Shown one piece after another: positions 1 through 9,439 of a DNA stretch of 13,918 nt (its first letter is position 1; each line of letters starts with the position of its first letter). Made by a program: the position numbers and the translations under genes. This stretch comes from Paraphysomonas bandaiensis (lineage: Eukaryota > Protista > Chrysophyceae): assembly GCA_965644295.1 (NCBI GenBank), contig CBFFRP010000083.1, positions 1-13,918 of the forward strand, in the 5' to 3' direction. The notes beneath the pieces are model-generated. The model was given only the letters and a program-made list of their open reading frames with translations, searched no databases and was not told the DNA's origin.

Positions 1-99
1 GTTGCACCTTGGTGCTTGCGGCGACGCACAAGCAGCTTTCGTAGCGTTAAATAGTAGGATAAAAGAGTTTGTATTGATTAGTTACGGGTAGTGGTCTAA
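1..99 (-). repeat. Dispersed ~99-bp repeat, copy A (inverted relative to copies B and C; may continue beyond the window start)
   Basis: Reverse complement of 1-99 aligns without gaps to 9341-9439 with 6 mismatches (93/99) by manual alignment. Contains the GCACC-NN-GGTGC mini-hairpin. Confidence 0.95.
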
Positions 100-381
100 C
101 TAGTATGACTAGCATTCTTCTAGCCACTAATTGATGCAAGGTCTCAACGCCTATTGCTAAATAATCAGACATTCACTACGACAGATTATAGTGCAAATGA
201 TTATTATCACAGATAACCTCTGATAAAACCAGTTAATAGCGCAATCGTTTACTATCACCTTGTGGCTTTTGATAGTACCTAAGGTAAATTACTTTGTATG
301 TTAAAAGTTCATCATGAAGCACAACAAATAAAATCACACATGTGTCTGAGGTTTACGAAATACGCTTTAGGTTATGTACAT

Positions 382-707
382 ATTGCGGTACTGAATGGCA
401 AAGACTTCTATACATATAAAATGGCGGAATTAGCTGAGCCCTCTACGGACATAGGCAAAAAATCGAAACTCGCGATGATATCAAGCAATTGTATATCAAT
501 TAGTATCCGAAAGGTGATGTTCTCTTTAAGGAGGTGGAAGCGATATATCGGTTAAGCTAGCTAAGGGTCGATCAAAGTTCATATGAGCTCGTTGACTCGA
601 ATATGGTGTGCCCCTACCCCAAATGTGGCATGAACGTCCATACTCAGGAAAATTGCTCAAATGAACGTTTTGGGAAGAGTCGTGGTGTCAGAAATAAACA
701 GGACTAG
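382..707 (+). mobile_element. Degenerate Ty1/Copia-like gag remnant
   Basis: IAVLNGKDFYTYKM (from 382) resembles the Copia Gag N-terminal 'L-x-G-x-N-Y/F-x-x-W-K' motif. A different frame gives CPYPKCGMNVHTQENC (609-656), a C-x4-C-x4-H-x4-C zinc knuckle followed by a basic tail. The two are separated by stops and a frame change. No pol or LTR pair seen. Confidence 0.5.
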
Positions 708-1041
708 TCGAAGGTATACGGTATACGGACAAATAGGAAAAGAGTCTCATAGCACAGCCTGCGAACACAGCTAAGAAAACAGAAGTTATATCAGTATAAG
801 ATCTAATTTCTGGTTGAGTATGGAGGCTCAAAATCGACGAATATATGTGGTCAAAAGATGTTTCTTGTAAGACAAAAGTCCAGACAGTTAGTTACCATAA
901 CATCTACAGCGCACAGTGAATACTAGATGCGTAAATTGAGAAGGAACCAACACTATTGAAGTGTAGGTCCACGCTCAACGTCGCATACCTCACAACAATA
1001 TGAATACGCACTTTCAGACCAACCACATTTACGTGAATTAC

Positions 1042-1061
1042 ATGTATATGTATATGTATAT
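1042..1061. repeat. (ATGTAT)3.3 microsatellite
   Basis: atgtatatgtatatgtatat read directly. Confidence 0.7.
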
Positions 1062-1222
1062 TACCACTACGCATATCATGTGAAGTGACAAGAAAAAACA
1101 ACACCTTAGACGAACAAAAAGCAGCAACTGTGATTCCACAGGCTTGAAAATACACCAAAACTGTCATAGTGAGACAGAAGCATGTGACGCGCTCATATTA
1201 GGAGCTCAGTAGAAATAACACG

Positions 1223-3270
1223 CTAGGAAGGAATCTTTTTTGCACGCGCCCTTCTTGCACGCGACCTATCCCTGTACTCGCGCAACCGCTCAGAGTCAAA
1301 CTTTGTGATAACTCCTCCAAGTTCTCCTGAGGGAGCGTACTGATGTCTTCTGATGTTCCTGTAGGAGGCAGTATCGGAAGGAACATCACCAGATTTTTTA
1401 CACTCGGGAGAAATACCGAATACGTAAGTCATTCCGATACTAGCTCGAGACTGATGTGCGGACTCTGCACTACTGTTGCAATCCGTAGTTATATTTTCTC
1501 GTGCTTTTACCAGCACGTCTTTGATAACTCTAAATATGAAAAAAATTACGGACAGTAATCGTATCAAATGTCCACTAACCCGCCAAAAATGGACTGCATA
1601 CTGTAAGATATGCGGTTAAGAGAGATGACTTTCTTAATGGCCCAAATCCATCGCCAACGTGCTTGCGAATAAACTCGCGGATTGACAGTTTCATTACAAG
1701 CAAACACGCGACTCCCAGAACTCACAGATATATGCTTCCCTGCCTCAGCACTATAGCTGAGTGCAGCTTCCACGAGGGAATGCGTGCCGTGCATAGACTT
1801 TGCGGAATCTTCATCCTCCTCCACAGGAAATCTGAATTTATATATGTCAGTGACATAAAAGCAGAACACAGCTGATATAGTACATAACCTAACTTACGTG
1901 TTCGTTCTCTTTATACTACTAGAACGAAGCAGGTTAGAAGATAGCTTGCCAGGAATGATATTATGGGGGCGGGGCAAAGTGAGGTTTTCCACAACACAGT
2001 TATCGCCTGCTATACAGCCGTCAACATATACAGTGACAGTATACATCTCACTGCCAGTTACAAATCAATGTACGAAAAACTTAACACGCACCTGATCGCC
2101 CAATAGTTAAAACTTTCTCTGATAGCCCACTATTAAATTTATAATCTGCATCCAACACGGCGACGAGGTAGTTCGCCGCAGCATCAATACGTTGTCTTGT
2201 CAACCGCTTCCTAAAACAATGTTACATTAGTACGCGATGTAAAACAATACTAATATGCAATATTGCGATGAATACTACAGCATTATATTGTTACACAATT
2301 GCGGCACGTACAAGAAAGTAAATCGAGGATGTCTATTCGAGGAATTGGACTCAGCAGAAATCCCGTTCTCACTGACTTCGAATATACGAGACGCCCTCAC
2401 ATATACTCTTTCGAGCTCAACATTTGCCTGCGTATCCACAGCAGAAACTTCAAAGCAATCAGCTTCTTTGTGATAAAAAACCGTAACCACTGCCCCTAGT
2501 TCACAACGCCAAAATACCATAGGTTGAGATAAAATCTCCTCCCCAGGTTTGCACACACCACCGGAGTGAATGCTGACGACAGATGTTGGGGAGATAGCAT
2601 TGGTGGGCGGGAGGGTTCTACACAGTGATATGTCATCTTTACTGCCTTGCCTGGCGAATGACCTTCTAAACTGTTGGGAAGTTGGTGATTTTAAGCCGGA
2701 TGATGCAGGGCTGGGCTTAATACTGGGCAGACTACTATCAGAATTGGGAGTGCAATCACTGCTCTCCACATCAATATACTGATCCATTAATATTGGATGT
2801 AGCTTTGTTTTGCCTTTAGAAATCATGCGACGCATGTAGAGTTTGTCTTCTTCCTCCTGTTTCTTTAGTTCTTCGTCGATATTGGCATTCCTGACATGTT
2901 CCAATAATACTAACGTGTTCATTCGATTATCACTGCTACCATTTCGGCCTGCCATCATACTACATTACCCAAATGTCATAATACTCATCATGTTATTACC
3001 TAAATGAACATCAATATCATCTCGACTAGATTGCTTTAAGAGTTGTCGTCTATTGTTAGAGACCACTTGAGAAACACGCAGTGGAGTACTCCTCTCTTTA
3101 TCTCGTCTTATAATCCCAATAGATTGTGTCTCAGTCAAATGAATATCATGTAATTCAGGAAGATTCTGTTGATATTCATTCTCTGATTGATGTGAAGGAT
3201 TATCGTCTATATGATATTTTCTTCCTGCTAGTGTCGTAGAGGCCTCATGTCGTGTATATCTCTTCCTCAT
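1223..3270 (-). CDS. Six-exon hypothetical protein, about 565 aa
   Basis: Manual model: exons 3270-3000, 2948-2312, 2210-2092, 2009-1898, 1831-1580, 1529-1223. All introns GT-AG and phase-compatible; total 1698 nt, open to TAG. Low-complexity Ser-rich N-half, a globular-looking beta-rich segment (MVFWRCELGAVVTVFYHKEADCFEVSAVD), and a basic amphipathic helix (ARWRWIWAIKKVISLNR). Confidence 0.8.
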
Positions 3271-3930
3271 AATGGATTAACACTGTGATAATATTTATCT
3301 TATTCTTACAAATGATAATAAAAAGATATTGTTAGCATATAAGAGGATTTAATGAATGATAATATGTATATATAGAGTGGGATGAGTGACTCTTTATGCA
3401 TCTCAGATCTGTTAAACAACAACCAAATTTAGAATCCATATAACAATTTTGTCTATTGATGTTTACAAAATTCCTGAAGATATTGTAAATTATTAGACTT
3501 TTCAGCTAAATTATCATGACTTTTCTTCTAAAAACTATGGTTTTTTAAGATAACTTTGTTCCCCCATATTCCCCGCAGGATTTCCCTTTTCCACAACATT
3601 GAGAAAAATCCCCCATTTACACATCAAAAGTTGGTGTATTTTTTTCTAATTGCAAGAATGTTCCTCAGGAACCATATTTGTATGGGTTTTTGGGTAAGAT
3701 GGTGTTGAGGTACAACACAATGATAGATAAACTATACAGAGCGCGTGTACGTATGATTATATAGAGAGATATGAGGGTTTAACATACAGATTAGCTCACC
3801 ATTACATTATCATTCATTGTAAAAGGAATCAGTTAATATTATCATATATACTCTTAAGTCATTGTATTTGTAGTATATTACATTGCTCTATAAGCATCTC
3901 TGTGATTAAATTAAAGGGTTATCCACTACA

Positions 3931-4560
3931 ATGGCAACATGTAAGGACTGTGACTGTGATAACTATCGAGAGGAACTTCTTGCGGCTTCAGATAAATTGG
4001 TAATCATCATATAATTATATAATATGATGATGTGATGTATTTCACAGATTACACCAGCCGGGAATTGTGCGAACTGTAATCATCCTCTTAATCGGCACCC
4101 GAGAACACCTGTTGCTGGACTCCCTACTGCTTCCGCCCCAGTCGAATGTAACCCGTCGATGGAAAAAGAGGGTGGTCAACCCAAGATTGTGATGGCATCC
4201 GCTATTAATATTTCAACACCCTCCGAACAGCCTGGCTACACAGAAAATATGCCTGTATACGATTCCTCAAGAGGTGGTTACGTTACTGGCACAGGAAGGG
4301 TCATGGGAAATACCACGGAAGGAGACTACAATGACTATGGCAGACGCGGAGTGGGCGTTAATTCAACAGTTGAAAGTCAGGGTGACATGGCATACGGTGG
4401 GGCTTTAGGAGCTCCGTACGGGGACCCCTACAGCGTGAGACGCACGCATGCTGGCAATGTTACTACTTCCTCCACAGGCTCTACTTCTGCGACATCCATA
4501 TCTATCACGGATATTAACGCCTCTTATGGTGACCCTTATAGTGTAAAAAGAATGACTTAG
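3931..4560 (+). CDS. Two-exon 193-aa protein with N-terminal Cys/His putative zinc-binding module and Gly/Tyr/Thr-rich tail
   Basis: Exon 3931-3999 (MATCKDCDCDNYREELLAASDKL), 48-nt GT-AG intron 4000-4047, exon 4048-4560 (ITPAGNCANCNHPLNRH...) in frame with ORF 4159-4560. Pattern C-x2-C-x-C ... C-x2-C-x-H-x4-H. Confidence 0.75.
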
Positions 4561-5045
4561 GGGTGCTTGATGCATTGATTCGCGGGGTTCTTGCGGGACT
4601 CAATTGTATCAATGAAATCTTCCTTTCACAGAATATATTGTTCCCTATGCCTATAACTATTCGTTAGGAAATTATTTATATTATTACTATTATTCAATGC
4701 ATAATAAATTCAAGTCCTAATAAGAACGGCGTAATCACTGCATGGTCACTTTTTGCTGGAGAATGTCGTATTCGTGTTCGGTAATACTAGCTGATCACGT
4801 ACTACAATTGTATCATCGGGTACAGACTCACAGATTCAACTATGAGTAAGTTTCGTTATATGTCCTTGCTTTAGTGCCAACAAATAATATTTTATATTTA
4901 CGCAAAATTGAATATATTACAAACTAATAAATAACGAATATGAAATCGTATTGAATATAAATACCAAAGTCGAGCTATACAGCTATACTACACGGAAGAA
5001 TCAGATCCAGTACACATGTACACATCATCTGATTTCAACCTAAAC

Positions 5046-6587
5046 CTAGTCATCAGATCTCACTTTCAAAACTGTCTTCTTTTTAACAGTGTAATCAGAG
5101 GTACCAGTATCTGACGAATCAATCTGCTGAACCTTTCGTTTCGACTTCCGGTTGCTCTGAGAAGTATCAACTGACGATTGGACCTCAGAAGTATAATATG
5201 TCTGACGTGATTCCGACTCTTCTTTTCCAACACCACTCATCTCATACCTTAGAGAACCTCTCATATATCAAGGGAAAAAACAATATAACACATTATATGA
5301 ACAGGTAAACAGCACAACACACACGTAGCACTTGTACAAAATTTCAAGGTCGTCGACCTGCTAGAGTATATTTCCGGTTTCATACTGTGCTGCTGTTCTG
5401 GTGTGTGATGTGGGACTTCATAATGCTGCATTATACCGAATTCTTCTTTCTCACTCTCTTGCGTGTCCATTTTATACCGCACCTTTTTAGTACTGGAAAT
5501 AGGAGTTGACAATTTCAGACCTTCAACAGTCGGGGTTCTATCTGCAGATCTATCTGGGGTAACGATCCTCTATAAATATAATAGTTATAAAAGATATGTG
5601 TAAGCAATGAGTATTGATTAGCTTTGAGAAGGATAGTGATATACTTTACTCATTTTGACGAGTAAATGTGAAATAAATGTAATCAAAGCATGGCTTAATC
5701 CCAGTTCGAATGATACGTTGATCAACTTCGAAAGACATACTAAAATCATAAATAACATTAATATTTACCCTCAGTATATCCAATAGCCCCTGTTGCTGGT
5801 ACTGTTCCATCTGAAGAGCCTTCACACAGCTCATTTCGTTTCCCACCATTTGTTCCTGATCTCGGGATACAACGTTCATATCACGTAGAATTAGTATCTC
5901 ATTCGCCATTCGAAATGGCAATAACACACCATCCAAACAGATTTCTAACAAGCTACTTGAAACAAAATCATTTTCTTCAAACATATTGTACAGGTATTAC
6001 CTCACAGACCCTTCTAAATTGAATACAATTTGGTCTTCAATCAGCGACAGTAACGCCTCGAATGCATCGTTGCGGATGAAAACACATACTTTACCAGCTT
6101 TACATATACGCGAAAGAATTAATCGATAAGAAACAATAGATATGACTCTATCAGTATTGTTGTAACAAGTTGTTTCTATGTTGGACACATCACTCATATC
6201 GATGCATTCTGGATGATTTACTGATGGCCCACTATCATCCTCACTTCCTTCTGATGAACTAGACGATGTAATACTGCCTGAAATGCTTCCTTCACTTTCT
6301 AAACTTTCAGGAGTATACTCTTCATCCGTACATATCGTTTGATCAAAGCCAGCTATACCAAATCTATAAGAGTTATTTGTCGCTATCAGGTGAACACAGT
6401 GGTTTAAGTCTTCGACGTTAATGATTGTACGGCAATGATGTTGTGCAATGATAGAACATAATGTGATACACTTCTTGAGTAAGTTATATATAGAATCCTT
6501 CAATAGCAGAACTGATGTGGAGTTTACATTGTAATAATGACATTTCATACATAAAGCAATTAGTTCAGAGTCTGTGGGATATTCCAT
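5046..6587 (-). CDS. Multi-exon protein with fused H4-like and H3-like histone folds and a low-complexity C-terminus
   Basis: Exon 6587-6001, 48-nt GT-AG intron 6000-5953, exon 5952-5769; probable further exons 5725-5645, 5569 onward and about 5260-5046 (start codon and 3' structure uncertain). 6578-6387 aligns ungapped to the H4 fold; 6158-6012 aligns ungapped to the H3 fold. Confidence 0.7.
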
Positions 6588-6873
6588 TCCTGAATCTTTC
6601 AATCAGTGGGTTATATTCTTCAATGGTGTTGTGTGCATCACTTAACAGTATAACTCACCTCAGAGGAATGACTATACGCCTATATCTAGATATTACAGTG
6701 AATATGATACATAGTCCCTTCTATAGTCCCTTCACTGCAGGAGTTTGTGACATTCGATTTGGAAGACCTCTTCAACATCATTGTTCTGGGCTCGCAAAAT
6801 ACCACTTTTCGCATACTTAAAATCTAATTTTCCTTTAAAAAGTAGGAAATAGTCCCAAAACTCGAAATCGAAA

Positions 6874-6895
6874 CCTAGATATCCGGATATCTAGG
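6874..6895. promoter_or_regulatory. Perfect 22-bp palindrome in a divergent intergenic region
   Basis: CCTAGATATCCGGATATCTAGG equals its own reverse complement. The palindrome is certain; a regulatory role is inferred only from position. Confidence 0.55.
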
Positions 6896-7117
6896 GACTG
6901 AAAATTGGACTTATTTATGAAGTGTGCAGTATTGTTTATTTTAAACCAATAGTTATTCTATTAATTGTATTACACACTTCTTATTGGTTTACTTCTTTTG
7001 AGCTGATCGAAGGTGCGTGTTGAATGTAATTGGAGTAATCATACTCCGGTACTGCTGAGAGACTATAAGTGAGACTGTACAGTAGCATCAGATATCCACA
7101 ACCATCCTATATATAAA

Positions 7118-9113
7118 ATGAACTGGCTTAATTGGGCTGTATTGATAACATGTGCCGATGAAACCTCACTCGAGGATCTTCAGCAGATAATCCAGAAAAC
7201 ACAAACCATATCCATATCAGAGAGACTCACAGAGATAACCTTTCAGGGCTATATTTTATTATCAAGAAAAGGAAAAGACTATCATCAATGCTGTATAGAT
7301 GGTCTCCTTAATCTTATTCAGACACCACTGCATGTAGAAGATAAGAGAATGTGTTTGGCGGCTATATACGAGATATGTGGAGATAGTCCGGAGGGTATAT
7401 TTTGCAATGTCCGTAACATGCTTCTACATGCAATTGAATATGTATACAATAATGCGGAAGTCAGTGAAGATTATTTATGCACAAGTCTTCAGATACTTGT
7501 ATGTTTTTAGTACACTTTCTATGTTGGCAATTGAGAATATTTAGGCACTATGCTTTACAAACTGCAATGAATCGACGTGTTTAAAAATTTTGTACTGGCC
7601 AATATCAACACTCTCCAGTATTTCATGTGAAGAACTTGCGGAAGAATTAAGGTTAGTGTCAATGATTTCGTCGTGGTAAGACTGACATGTGTCAGGTCCA
7701 CTGATAAAACACACCTGGTTAACCAAGGACCCAATCCATCATACTCGTGTATTTCAGGTACATAATATGTATTACACATTTGATATCACTGCTACGTGCA
7801 CAATGACTTCCTGTGAACAGCTTTTGTAAGTCAAAGTATGACTTCTGCGCTTACTTCTGTCCAGACTCTAGCCTACCGTATCATCGGATTGGTGGCAGTG
7901 TGTTCTTTCGGTACATTAGGAGAAAACTTTACCTCTATACTAATGAAGCGTGCAACCTTTTCATCCAATGAGTTTGATGATCCTGTTCGAACTGTTGTAG
8001 TTGCAATTCTATGGAATATATGCTGTGTATGTGGAAAAAATAGGATTGCAGAGAATATTGTCGAGAAAGACAGGGTCCTACTGAGTAGTCTGCACTGGAA
8101 AGTCGAAATGGAAAGGTCTATAGCAGTCATTGGGGCTTCTCAGGTGGTCGCATTAACCGTCATTTCGCCCTCTGTTTTGTTCATGATGGTAGGATTGTGT
8201 TTATCTCGTATATCCTTGTGTTAGTCTGACTGGAGGCGATGAAACAGGTGTATGAGCTGATTGGCAGCTTTTTTCTTCGCTCATCTGTCATGGGGAGCGT
8301 GAGAAAAATACTTGTAGCTAATTACCAAAAACGACAACCTTGTGATAAATTTTTACTCTCTAAGGGTAAACAATAGATTTCTATAGCTAGCAACCCTTGA
8401 CAGGTTGTATATGCAGCTGCTCGGGTGGCTGTCCTGTCTTCCCATGACAAATATGACTACAAAGGTATAAGTAAATGACTGCGCAATGTTGTAAAAGGCA
8501 TGGTCAAAGAGAAATTTTGATACCATGTGGGAATATAGTTATTTCAGAGGCTTTGGGTAAGTGGCATGAGAGAGATGCAGGTCAGGCCAGGCGGCTACTA
8601 ATGGAAGGTGTAAACGACGCAGGAGGAGTAATGGTAATATTATACCTGCATTGTTCACCCTATACTTTTCCCATGATTTATATTATATTATACCATTATG
8701 GACTATTGGATATATTTCAAATAATAACTTCGTCGTTTCATAGGATAACATTGTGTTACGAGTATTGTCGATTGAGATGGAAACATATTCCCTTTACTCA
8801 TTTCCTGCGGATTGCTTGACAGATGACGTCAAATCCTGCCTATTAATTTTGTTTTTTGGGATGATGAAACCGGTGCGTATCATGAAACTTCTAACGATTG
8901 AGCATTTTAAAATGTGATAGTATGTAACGCAAAGTAGTTTTTGTGCGTTTTATCATGGTACTGAATGTGGGATAGGTTTGTGGAGCAGACAATATGAAAT
9001 GTTTGCTGGAGAATCAAACCTATGAAGTGAAACAAAGTGTGCTGCAAAATGTAAGATATAACATTGCTTTGCTTCTCAAATAACGTATTTACCAGGCTAT
9101 TGAGCTATTTTAG
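7118..9113 (+). CDS. Ten-exon helical (HEAT-like) protein, about 445 aa, resembling the condensin CAP-G/Cnd3 C-terminal domain
   Basis: Manual model: 7118-7498, 7545-7651, 7696-7757, 7821-8188, 8248-8298, 8404-8464, 8548-8633, 8744-8872, 8976-9050, 9096-9113. All GT-AG and phase-consistent, 1338 nt. Segments VQTLAYRIIGLVAVCS, VRTVVVAILWNICCVCG and ERSIAVIGASQVV match in order the Cnd3-type helices as I recall them (VRELALKCLGLCCLLD, ALQALFDLLLVHG, VQAIAAEGLAKLL). The true start may lie upstream (possible intron 7013-7082). Gene existence is more certain than the family call. Confidence 0.6.
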
Positions 9114-9236
9114 CTAAAATGAGAAAGATGTATAGGTTCGTTGATAACTTTACTTACGTCGTAGTGAATGTCTTATTCTTAGTAATAGGTGTATAACAGA
9201 ACTAATGTAGCATCGCAATTTCACTAACTAGTGTTT

Positions 9237-9304
9237 AACTCTGATATCCTAATATTTAACGCTACGAAAGCTGCTTGTGAGTCACCGCAGGCACCAAGGT
9301 GCAA
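9237..9304 (+). repeat. Dispersed repeat, copy B (partial, tandem to copy C)
   Basis: 62/68 identical to the reverse complement of 2-69; offset 134 bp from copy C. Confidence 0.9.
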
Positions 9305-9340
9305 TAACTTTCGCTCTATCGCTCAAAGCAAACGCAGTAT

Positions 9341-9439
9341 TTAGACCTCTACCCGTAACTAATCAATACAAACTCTTTTATCCTACTATTTAACGCTATA
9401 GAAGATGCTTGTGCGTCGCCGCAAGCACCAAGGTGCGAC
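9341..9439 (+). repeat. Dispersed repeat, copy C
   Basis: 93/99 identical to the reverse complement of 1-99. Confidence 0.95.

Noticed and set aside
369-380. AGGTTATG as a Copia half-tRNA primer-binding site
   Set aside because: Match stops after 8 nt and no adjacent LTR end can be defined.
904-1167. 87-aa minus ORF with IHIHIH
   Set aside because: Motif is produced by the ATGTAT microsatellite; no other coding support.
4563-4784. Frame open except for one TAG (also seen at 9763), suggesting TAG reassignment
   Set aside because: None of the modelled genes, including conserved QNG1 and PHAF1, needs an in-frame TAG, and several end in TAG.
5997-6602. Giant-virus contig or recent endogenous viral insertion as the source of the doublet
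   Set aside because: The gene has host-type short spliceosomal introns and no viral hallmark genes are visible; any viral origin would have to be ancient.
6515-6820. 101-aa plus ORF and other antisense ORFs (e.g. 2570-2782, 7873-8130, 10827-11054, 12420-12719)
   Set aside because: Shadow frames overlapping better-supported spliced genes on the opposite strand.
9237-9439. CRISPR-like array or LTR pair
   Set aside because: Only two tandem units of 68-99 bp, eukaryotic context, no cas genes, and no consistent TG...CA termini.
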